A stretch of 64,000 bases of DNA from Solirubrobacteraceae bacterium (lineage in GTDB: Bacteria > Actinomycetota > Thermoleophilia > Solirubrobacterales > Solirubrobacteraceae), in the NCBI GenBank assembly GCA_045805485.1, contig JBJMLC010000065.1, positions 16,395 through 80,394 on the forward strand, in the 5' to 3' direction. The translations under genes and the position numbers were made by a program. The notes beneath the pieces were generated by a model, which saw nothing but the letters and a program-made list of their open reading frames with translations, was not told the origin of the DNA and did not search any database. Position 1 is the first letter of the stretch. Every line of letters begins with the position of its first letter. This document shows, one piece after another, positions 56,658 to 64,000 of this stretch.

Positions 56658-57083
56658 ATGGCCCGCACAGCCACGCCGCTCTCGGCGGACCGTATCCGGA
56701 TCGAGGACGAAGTGTGGGAGGAGGCGTTCTCCTCTCGGGTGCGTTCTCGTCCGCCAAGAAAATCCCAGACCGCCGGGGCGGTGCGTCCCGTCCGGGCCGC
56801 CTCCGCACCCCGCCCAACCCGAGCCACGCCGACCGCTCAGGTACGGCCGCTCAGAGCAGACGATGTCTCGGCGATCGAGCGCCGTGAGTCGGCGGTGACT
56901 CTGAGGGCCGCTCCGGAGGTCCGGCGGACCATCCGGATCGAGGGTCGGGGCGTTGAGCGAAATCTCCGCTACACGCCCGCCCGGCATGAGCGGATCGGGT
57001 TCAGCCCGGATCGACTGGCCATGTGGGCCGTCCTCCTGGGCTTCCTGCTGGTTCTGGTGGCCACGCTGAGTTCGCAGTTCTGA
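56658..57083 (+). CDS. Hypothetical protein with basic disordered region and single C-terminal TM helix
   Basis: GAGGAAGG RBS; PDRLAMWAVLLGFLLVLVATLSS tail. Confidence 0.75.
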   Translation: MARTATPLSADRIRIEDEVWEEAFSSRVRSRPPRKSQTAGAVRPVRAASAPRPTRATPTAQVRPLRADDVSAIERRESAVTLRAAPEVRRTIRIEGRGVERNLRYTPARHERIGFSPDRLAMWAVLLGFLLVLVATLSSQF

Positions 57084-57316
57084 GCGCCGCTGCGTCCCCG
57101 GAGGCGGGGCCGTACGCGGCAGTCGACCGCGGCTTCTGGCTGTGGCAGTTGATCCTCTTACGCGGTCCCGACGAACCGCTGATCTGTCGTTTATCCGCGC
57201 CCGTATAAGAGGAAGAGGACGGCTGCTGTCCGAAGAGGGGCAGGCACGGCTCGCCACCGACGCGACGGCTGTGCAACCGCGCCTGGCGCCTTGTCAGGCA
57301 GCACCGCACCAGTTAG

Positions 57317-57333
57317 GCTTATCAAACGTAAGC
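57317..57333. promoter_or_regulatory. Candidate operator palindrome (possibly for the HxlR-family regulator)
   Basis: GCTTA-N7-TAAGC in an AT-rich patch upstream of the CMD gene. Confidence 0.45.
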
Positions 57334-57391
57334 AGGTCTTGAAACTAAAGGGACACACGCGCCCGCCCTGGTGGTAGCCATGAAAAATGCC

Positions 57392-57943
57392 ATGAGCAGG
57401 TTCCAGATACACGACGATCTCACGGCCCCCGAGGGGTCAATGCCGGTGCTTCGCGGCGCCCTGGCCACCGGAGGCCAGCTGCCCAACTTCCTCGGCGTGC
57501 TGGCGGGCTCGCCGGCCGCCCTGCGGGCCTATGCCCGGTTTCGCTCCGAACTGCGGCACGGCAAGCTCACCCAGGCCACGCTGGAGCGAATCGCGCTGGC
57601 CGTGGCCGAGTATTACGGCTCAGAGCCGGGGATAGCGACGCACTCCCGGACCGCCCGGGCGGCTGGGCTGGCCATCGACGAGGTGGCGCTGGCTCGCCAG
57701 TTCACCTCCAAGGACCGCCGTGAGGCCGCGCTACTGCGCTACCTCCAAGCCGTGCTCGAGGAGCGCGGTCGGGCGCCCATGCATCTCCACGAGGAGGCCC
57801 GCGAGGCCGGATGGGGCGACGAGCAGATTCTGGAGGCGATTGCGGCCGCCGCGCTGGAGGCCTTCACGGCGATGGTCAACGTGGCCGGTGAGGTCCCAGT
57901 CGACGGTTCCCCTGAGGCATCGCGTAGTCTCAAGGCAGCCTGA
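57392..57943 (+). CDS. Carboxymuconolactone decarboxylase/AhpD-like protein lacking CxxC
   Basis: LPNFLGVLAGSPAALRAY, ERIALAVA, AREAGWGDEQILE; start may be 57380. Confidence 0.82.
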   Translation: MSRFQIHDDLTAPEGSMPVLRGALATGGQLPNFLGVLAGSPAALRAYARFRSELRHGKLTQATLERIALAVAEYYGSEPGIATHSRTARAAGLAIDEVALARQFTSKDRREAALLRYLQAVLEERGRAPMHLHEEAREAGWGDEQILEAIAAAALEAFTAMVNVAGEVPVDGSPEASRSLKAA

Positions 57944-58027
57944 CCACGTCCCACGGCGTCAGAGGGCAACGGATACGCGCTCGCGGTTTGGCCAAGCGGA
58001 TATGACAGCCAGGAAGTCTGATCACCG

Positions 58028-58417
58028 ATGAGCGGCCACCAGGCGCCGGCCGATCACGCCCCCTCGAGCTGCTGTCCGCTCTACCACGAGGCCGTCGAGT
58101 TGATCGGACGGCGCTGGACGGGAGCCATTTTGCGCGTCCTGATGGACGGCCCGCTGCGCTTCTCGCAGGTCGGGCAGGCGGTGCCCGAGCTGTCTGACCG
58201 CCTGCTCTCGGAGAGGATGAAGGAGCTCGAGGCGCGGGGGGTCGTGGAACGCACGGTGATCCCCGGGCCGCCGCTCAGGGTGGAGTACTCGCTGTCTCAG
58301 ATGGGCCGGGAGCTTGAGCCCGCGCTGTCTGAGCTCGAGCGCTGGGCCGCCCGGTGGTTGGGCAAGGGGGCCGACCGGACTCCAGAGCCGGCTACCGCAG
58401 CTTCGCCGACTTCCTAG
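58028..58417 (+). CDS. HxlR/DUF24 family transcriptional regulator
   Basis: CCP...ELIGRRWTGAIL, RFS, LSDRLLSERMKELE, VEYSLS..GREL. Confidence 0.92.
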   Translation: MSGHQAPADHAPSSCCPLYHEAVELIGRRWTGAILRVLMDGPLRFSQVGQAVPELSDRLLSERMKELEARGVVERTVIPGPPLRVEYSLSQMGRELEPALSELERWAARWLGKGADRTPEPATAASPTS

Positions 58418-58512
58418 TCGAGCCGTCGCGCCAGGTCAGGTGCGAGTCCTTCAGGCCTCGGCAGACCAGAGCAAGTGCCCCGGCAGGCCTCAGCAAGTAA
58501 CGTTCGCGCGCG

Positions 58513-59856
58513 ATGACGGGCGCCCCTGAACCTCTGACCCGGAAGGACGTGCTGTCAATCGTCCAGGAGCGGGAGATCCGGTTCATCCGCCTGTGGTTCA
58601 CCGATCTGCTCGGCCAACTCAAGTCCTTCTCGATAAACGCCACCGAGCTTGAGGACGCTTTCGAGGGGGGCATGGGGTTCGACGGCTCGTCGATCACTGG
58701 GTTCAATCCGATCGAGGAGTCGGACATGATCGCCATGCCCGACCCGAGCACGTTCGCGATCCTCCCCTGGCGCCCCGTGGAGCAAGGGGTGGGTCGGATG
58801 TTCTGCGACATCAGCACCCCTGAACGGGCGCCGTACGAGGGCGATCCGCGGTACGTGCTGCGCCGGGCGCTCGAGCGCGCGCAGGCCATGGGCTTCGACC
58901 ACTACTACGTCGGGCCGGAGCTGGAGTACTTCTACTTCCGGGACAAGCACTCCACCGAGGTTCTGGACGAGGGCGGCTACTTCGACCTGACCACGCTGGA
59001 TGCCGGTTCGGACCTGCGGCGTGAGACCGTCCTGGCGCTGGAGCAGCTGGGCATCCACTCCGAATACGCCCATCACGAGGTGGGCCCCAGTCAGCACGAG
59101 ATCGACATGCGCTACGCCGAGGCGCTCAAGATGGCCGACGACTGCATGACCTACCGGATCACGGTCAAGGAATACGCCATGAAGCACGGCCACCACGCCA
59201 CGTTCATGCCCAAGCCGCTGTTTGGGGAGAACGGATCAGGGATGCACACTCACCAGTCGCTGTTCCGCGGCGAGCGCAACGCCTTCTACGACGCCGATGA
59301 CGAGTACTTCCTCTCAGACGTGGGGAAGGCATTCATCGCCGGTCAGCTGCGCCACGCCCGTGAGATCTGCTCGATCTTCGCCCAGTGGGTCAACTCCTAC
59401 AAGCGGCTCGTGCCCGGTTACGAAGCCCCGGTGTACGTGGCCTGGTCACGCCGCAACCGCTCGGCTCTGGTCCGCGTCCCGCTGTACCACCCCGGCAAGG
59501 AGCAGGCCACCCGCATGGAGCTCCGCTGTCCGGATCCGGCCTGCAACCCCTACCTGACGTTCGCCGTCCTGCTCCAGGCGGGCCTGGAGGGGATCGAGGC
59601 GGGATATGAGCTTCCCGAGCCGATGGAGAAGAACCTGTATCACCTGTCGACCGACGAGCGCCGCCGGCTGGGTATCGAGCAGCTTCCTGAGACGTTGGGG
59701 GAAGCCATCGAGCTCACCGCGGAGTCCGAGCTTGTCCTGCGCACGCTGGGAGAGCACGTGTTCAACCGGTACGTGGAGATAAAGCGCCAGGAGTGGGAGG
59801 AGTACCGCGTCCAGGTCACCCCCTGGGAGCTCGAGCGCTATCTGCCGGTGCTGTGA
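58513..59856 (+). CDS. glnA: Glutamine synthetase type I
   Basis: FTDLLG, FDGSSI, GPELEY, HHEVGPSQHEI, FMPKP, NGSGMH, NSYKRLVPGYEAP, NRSALVR, ELRCPDP. Confidence 0.95.
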   Translation: MTGAPEPLTRKDVLSIVQEREIRFIRLWFTDLLGQLKSFSINATELEDAFEGGMGFDGSSITGFNPIEESDMIAMPDPSTFAILPWRPVEQGVGRMFCDISTPERAPYEGDPRYVLRRALERAQAMGFDHYYVGPELEYFYFRDKHSTEVLDEGGYFDLTTLDAGSDLRRETVLALEQLGIHSEYAHHEVGPSQHEIDMRYAEALKMADDCMTYRITVKEYAMKHGHHATFMPKPLFGENGSGMHTHQSLFRGERNAFYDADDEYFLSDVGKAFIAGQLRHAREICSIFAQWVNSYKRLVPGYEAPVYVAWSRRNRSALVRVPLYHPGKEQATRMELRCPDPACNPYLTFAVLLQAGLEGIEAGYELPEPMEKNLYHLSTDERRRLGIEQLPETLGEAIELTAESELVLRTLGEHVFNRYVEIKRQEWEEYRVQVTPWELERYLPVL

Positions 59857-60290
59857 GGCTGGAATCCGAAATCACCGTGGCCAGGCCGCGGGCCGACGTG
59901 TTCGCCTACCTGGGCCAGGCGGAGCGGCTGCCTGAGTACATGGCCGAGTTCACCGCGGTGGAGGCGGTGTCAGACGGTCCGCCGGGCGTCGGCACGCGAT
60001 ATCGCTACAAGATGGCCCGGGGTGCCGAGGGCACCTTCGAATGGACCAAGTTCGAGCCCACCTCGCACCTGGCCTGGAGTGGCCCCGCGATCAAGTCAGG
60101 GCTGGGCAGCATGCAGCCGGAGGGGTGGTGGGACCTGTCGGACGCCCCGGACGGCACACGCGTCAAGCTGGTCATGGCACCGCAGCCGGGAGGGGCGTTC
60201 AAACTGCTGGGACCATTCATCGCCGCCGGCATGCGAAAGAGCAACGAGGAGGCGCTGGAGCGGCTGAAGCAGCACCTGGAGAGCGCCTGA
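59853..60290 (+). CDS. SRPBCC (START-like) family protein
   Basis: SEITVARPRADVFAYL, GVGTRY, LERLKQHLE; GTGA overlap with glnA stop. Confidence 0.85.
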   Translation: MRLESEITVARPRADVFAYLGQAERLPEYMAEFTAVEAVSDGPPGVGTRYRYKMARGAEGTFEWTKFEPTSHLAWSGPAIKSGLGSMQPEGWWDLSDAPDGTRVKLVMAPQPGGAFKLLGPFIAAGMRKSNEEALERLKQHLESA

Positions 60291-60329
60291 GCCGGGGTCT
60301 GCGCCCGAGCCCGGGCACTGCACCCGCGC

Positions 60330-61835
60330 TCAGCGCAGCCCGAGCACGACCCGCGCCTGCCCGTCCGCGGGATTCGATCCCACGATCAGGTAGTCAAGCC
60401 GCTGCACGAACGTCAGGATCTTCTCGTTGCCAGAGCTGCCGGAGAAGTTAGGCAGGCCACCGAGCAGCTCTGAGAGTCCGCGGAAGTCAAGGAACAGGGG
60501 GACGTGACTGCCCGCGGGCACCTGCGCCAGCGCGGCTGTGAAGCGGGGGTTCGTGGCCAGGTGGCTGGACGGGGAGAGCACGTTGGAGACGCTCTCGTCC
60601 AGCGTGACCACCACGTGTCGAGGCGTCTGGACGACCACGACCCGCGGGATGGGCAGCCCCGCCTTGGTGATGCTGAAGGACCGCTTGGTCCCCTGGACCA
60701 CCAGGCTCGAGCTGCGAGCGGCCAGTCGACGGATGGCCGCCAGGAGTCGTTCGGCGGCCGCCGGGTCGGTCGGTTTGACGACCAGCCCCGCACCGGCCGT
60801 GAGCGCCGTGGTGCCCTGGGCCGAGAGCTCGAACGGACCCAGCGCGGGCAGCACATCGTGGATCAGGTCGATTCCCAGGTGCTCCCGGATGTGCGACAGC
60901 GTGACCGCGAAGAGTGGGTTTTGAGCGAACGCGCTCACCAGCGGGATGATCCGCCTGGGGTTGAACCTTGACGCCACCGCCAGCCACGACTGTCCGGGCA
61001 GCCCACGCACGTCGGCCGAGGCCCCACGATGGGCCACCGTGGAGTGGACGTCTATGGCCAGCGAATGCGGAGTGGCGGAGAGAGCGATTCCAAACGCGCC
61101 CCTGAGCTTGCCCAGAGCTGCCCCGAGCACCTGCCGAAGGGGGAGCGAACCCATCATGGCGCTGGACGTGGAACCGAACAGGCCGCGGAGCTCTGAGCCC
61201 AGCAGCGCCGCGTTCACGTAGCCCTTGACGAGCGAGTTCGAGGGCAGTGAGGCGAAGGCCGAGGCGAACTCGGTGGTCTTGGTGAGCGAGTTTCCGTGGT
61301 AGGCGTCGATGATCTCCCGGAACACCGACGGCGCGGCAATGACCGCGTTTTGGCCCACGATGCCCAGGGCGACCGGATCCCCCTGCACCGTCGCGGTCTC
61401 AAAGTGGACGCCGGCGTGGCTGGCTGGAGTCAGGTGCCCTCCGCCCAGCTTCCTCAGCGCGTGCAGGGCAGCCGACGGGTCATCGGTGGGCAAGATCACG
61501 CCCACGCCGGTGAGGGACAGGTGGGTCACGACGATGCCGATCTTCTGCCCCAGCCACGGCTCGACGTCGTCCTTGTAGCTCAGCCCGGCGTGAGCCAGGA
61601 GCTTGGAGGCCGCGCCCTGCAGCGCGCCGTCCGGGGAGTGGCCGATCAGTTTGGTCAGTGCGCTCTCTACGGCATCCCGGTCCGCTCCCTGAGGCCGGAC
61701 TGTCAGCTCCAGGTAGGCCAGCGAGTGCGGCGGGGCCAGCGGCGCGGGACTGGCTGCCGTCGGCGTGCTGGATCCGCAGCCCACCAGGACGAGCCCGGCG
61801 AGCAGTGCGATCACAGTGAGCCTGACCCCCGTCAC
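60330..61835 (-). CDS. Lipoprotein, DUF3352-like
   Basis: Lipobox LVGC; YKDDVEPWLG motif. Confidence 0.7.
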   Translation of the reverse strand: MTGVRLTVIALLAGLVLVGCGSSTPTAASPAPLAPPHSLAYLELTVRPQGADRDAVESALTKLIGHSPDGALQGAASKLLAHAGLSYKDDVEPWLGQKIGIVVTHLSLTGVGVILPTDDPSAALHALRKLGGGHLTPASHAGVHFETATVQGDPVALGIVGQNAVIAAPSVFREIIDAYHGNSLTKTTEFASAFASLPSNSLVKGYVNAALLGSELRGLFGSTSSAMMGSLPLRQVLGAALGKLRGAFGIALSATPHSLAIDVHSTVAHRGASADVRGLPGQSWLAVASRFNPRRIIPLVSAFAQNPLFAVTLSHIREHLGIDLIHDVLPALGPFELSAQGTTALTAGAGLVVKPTDPAAAERLLAAIRRLAARSSSLVVQGTKRSFSITKAGLPIPRVVVVQTPRHVVVTLDESVSNVLSPSSHLATNPRFTAALAQVPAGSHVPLFLDFRGLSELLGGLPNFSGSSGNEKILTFVQRLDYLIVGSNPADGQARVVLGLR

Positions 61836-61852
61836 ACAGGCCAGGATACTGC

Positions 61853-63817
61853 TCAGGAAAGCGCCGCCGCCAGATCGTCGGGGCTCGTTACGGGCGCGCG
61901 GCAGCTGAAATGTCGGCAGACGTAGGCCGCGGGACGCCCATCCACGGTGTCTCGCCCCTGGAGCAGCGGCACGCTGTCCGCAGGGCCACCGGCCAGGACC
62001 ACGTGTGGCCGGTACTGCCGGCGAACCACCCGCAGCAGCGCCTCCGCGCCCGCGCCCTGACCCACGATTGCCACCTCGTGGACGGGCGCCAGATAGAAAT
62101 CCGCCGCCCGCAGGAGGTGTCCGAAGGCCAGGGGATGGCGGACAGCCAGGGGAAACAGCAGCCGCAGGACGCCGAGTGCCCGCTCCTCATAGTCCGCCCG
62201 GCCGGAGAGCCGCGCCAGTCGCAGCAGGGCTAGGGCGGCCGCCGAGTTCCCAGACGGGATGGGGGTGTCCTCCATGTCCTTACGCCGCACGGGAAGGCGC
62301 GTCCGGTCGGCCGCGGTGGTGAAGAAGCCCCCTCGCTCAGGGTCTGCGAAGCGCTCGATCAGCTCGTCCGCGGTGCGCACCGCCTCGCCGTAGAAGCGTG
62401 CCTCCTGTGTGCTCTCGTACAGGGTGATCAGCGCGTCCAGCAGAAAGGCGTAGTCCTCCAGGTAGCCGTCGATCTGCGCTCGCCCGTCCTTCCAGCTGCG
62501 CATCAGCCGGCCGTCCGAGCCCCGCAGCTCGGCCAGCAGGAACGAGGCGCAGGCGGTGGCCGCATCGAGGTAGTCCCGCCGGCCCATGGTCGCGCCCGCC
62601 TCGGCCAGGGCGGCCATGATCAGCGCGTTCCAGCCCGTCAGGCGCTTGGTGTCCAGGCCAGGCGGCACGCGCCCGGACCGCGCGCCGAAGAGCTTGCACT
62701 TGATCTCTGGAAGCTCAGGCGGCTCAGGGCCGCTGGCCTGGAGGACGTTCAGTCCCCTCTCGAAGTTCCCCTGCTCGTTGGCCGAGAAGTACGTGATCGC
62801 CTGGGTGGCCAGGGGCTCGTCCAGCACCTCGCGGAGCTGGCCGGTGGTCCAGGTGTAGAAGCGTCCCTCCTCGCCCTCGGAGTCGGCATCCAACGAGGAG
62901 CAGAAGCCACCCTCCTCTCCGCGCAGCTCGCGCAACGCCCAATCAAGCGTCTCGCAGCACACCTGGGCCATGCGCTCCTCACCTGAGAGCAGCCATCCAT
63001 GAAGGTAGGCGCGAGCGAGCAGGGCGTTGTCATAGAGCATCTTCTCGAAATGCGGAACCCGCCACGCGGCATCCACCGAGTACCGGGCGAAGCCTCCGCC
63101 GATCTGGTCGTAGATCCCGCCCCGAGCCATGGCCCGCAGCGTGGCCAGCGAGATCTCCGTCTCCCCCCGGGCCAGGAGCAGCTCGATGACGTCTGCGGCG
63201 GGAAACTTCGGCGCTCCCCCGAACCCACCGTGCGGAGCATCGTAGGAATGGCGGATCGACTCCACGGCGGCCTCGATGCCCGGGGCGGAGATCGGCTCCG
63301 GGGACGGCTCGAGCGTCGCGGTGGCGCCCAGCCGGCGGATCATCTCGGGGCCCTGGCTGCGGATCTCCTCCCGGCGCTTCTCCCACGCATCGGCCACGGC
63401 CAGCAGCACCATCTGCCAGCTTGGCAGCCCGTGCCGGGTCTCAGGCGGGAAGTAAGTGCCCGCGTAGAAGGGGACCAGCTCGGGCGTCAGGAACACGTTG
63501 AGCGGCCAGCCGCCGTGGCCAGTCATGGCCTGGCAGGCCTCCATGCACATGGCGTCGACATCGGGGCGCTCCTCGCGGTCAACCTTCACGCACACAAAGT
63601 GTGCGTTCATCAGCGCCGCGATCTCCGGATCCTCAAAGGACTCATGGGCCATCACATGGCACCAGTGGCAGGCCGCATAGCCGATCGAGACCAGCAGGGC
63701 GCGGTCCTCCTCGTGCGCTCGGGTCAGTGCCTCCTCGCCCCACGGATGCCAGTCGACGGGATTGTCGCTGTGCTGGAGGAGGTACGGTGAGCTCTCGCCC
63801 GCCAGCTTGTTGGGCAT
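61853..63817 (-). CDS. Thioredoxin-domain protein, YyaL/Ssp411 family
   Basis: [46 protein letters not shown]. Confidence 0.93.
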   Translation of the reverse strand: MPNKLAGESSPYLLQHSDNPVDWHPWGEEALTRAHEEDRALLVSIGYAACHWCHVMAHESFEDPEIAALMNAHFVCVKVDREERPDVDAMCMEACQAMTGHGGWPLNVFLTPELVPFYAGTYFPPETRHGLPSWQMVLLAVADAWEKRREEIRSQGPEMIRRLGATATLEPSPEPISAPGIEAAVESIRHSYDAPHGGFGGAPKFPAADVIELLLARGETEISLATLRAMARGGIYDQIGGGFARYSVDAAWRVPHFEKMLYDNALLARAYLHGWLLSGEERMAQVCCETLDWALRELRGEEGGFCSSLDADSEGEEGRFYTWTTGQLREVLDEPLATQAITYFSANEQGNFERGLNVLQASGPEPPELPEIKCKLFGARSGRVPPGLDTKRLTGWNALIMAALAEAGATMGRRDYLDAATACASFLLAELRGSDGRLMRSWKDGRAQIDGYLEDYAFLLDALITLYESTQEARFYGEAVRTADELIERFADPERGGFFTTAADRTRLPVRRKDMEDTPIPSGNSAAALALLRLARLSGRADYEERALGVLRLLFPLAVRHPLAFGHLLRAADFYLAPVHEVAIVGQGAGAEALLRVVRRQYRPHVVLAGGPADSVPLLQGRDTVDGRPAAYVCRHFSCRAPVTSPDDLAAALS

Positions 63818-63863
63818 CGGCTGAGGCTACCTCAGCCATGCAGGACCAATACGCTTCCACTCC

Positions 63864-64000
63864 ATGTCTCAGGGTCGCCAATCGATCTTTGCCGCGGACG
63901 CCCCAGACGCCGTCGGGCCCTACGCCCACGCCGTCCGGGCGGGCGGGCTGCTGTTCTGCTCAGGGCAGATTCCGCTGGACCCCAGGACAGGGGATCTGGT
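63864..64000 (+). CDS. RidA family protein (5' part, truncated by window edge)
   Basis: Manual translation MSQGRQSIFAADAPDAVGPYAHAVRAGGLLFCSGQIPLDP. Confidence 0.88.
   Translation, partial: MSQGRQSIFAADAPDAVGPYAHAVRAGGLLFCSGQIPLDPRTGDL

Noticed and set aside
58418-58512. Glutamine riboswitch or GlnR box upstream of glnA
   Set aside because: No convincing match to either consensus by eye
1-64000. tRNA, rRNA, transposase, integrase, prophage or defence-system genes
   Set aside because: None recognised in the window

Overview
High-GC bacterial DNA with actinobacterial signatures (CGAAC-N4-GTTCG LexA boxes, ImuB/DnaE2 cassette, many apparently leaderless genes). The gene repertoire suggests Thermoleophilia/Solirubrobacterales, but that is inference. 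1-27 kb is a large surface-glycan locus: Wzm/Wzt exporter, O-antigen-ligase-like and GT-C-like membrane proteins, GT2s and three secreted clan GH-A hydrolases. Its tailoring set is unusually rich: 5 SAM methyltransferases, 2 acyl/acetyltransferases, 2 PhyH-type dioxygenases, an arylsulfotransferase and a PAPS-type sulfotransferase-like protein. It also holds an unannotated fragment of a priming sugar transferase. 27-44 kb has metabolic and two-component genes, a four-gene operon of two coiled-coil proteins flanking two stand-alone GSPII_N/MshEN-C-like domains, and a candidate aminosugar-glycolipid operon ending in a triple fusion (epimerase-GT28-degenerate deacetylase). 44-47 kb has a candidate structured leader RNA ahead of two secreted proteins. 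48.6-55.8 kb is a repeat-rich spacer and an SOS mutagenesis cassette with no adjacent imuA, in which a tandem repeat forms three start/stop-overlapping micro-ORFs. 56-64 kb has a c-di-AMP (ydaO) riboswitch ahead of an uncharacterised membrane protein, a Cys-less AhpD/HxlR pair, glnA and housekeeping genes. All family calls come from motif recognition by eye; no database searches were run.
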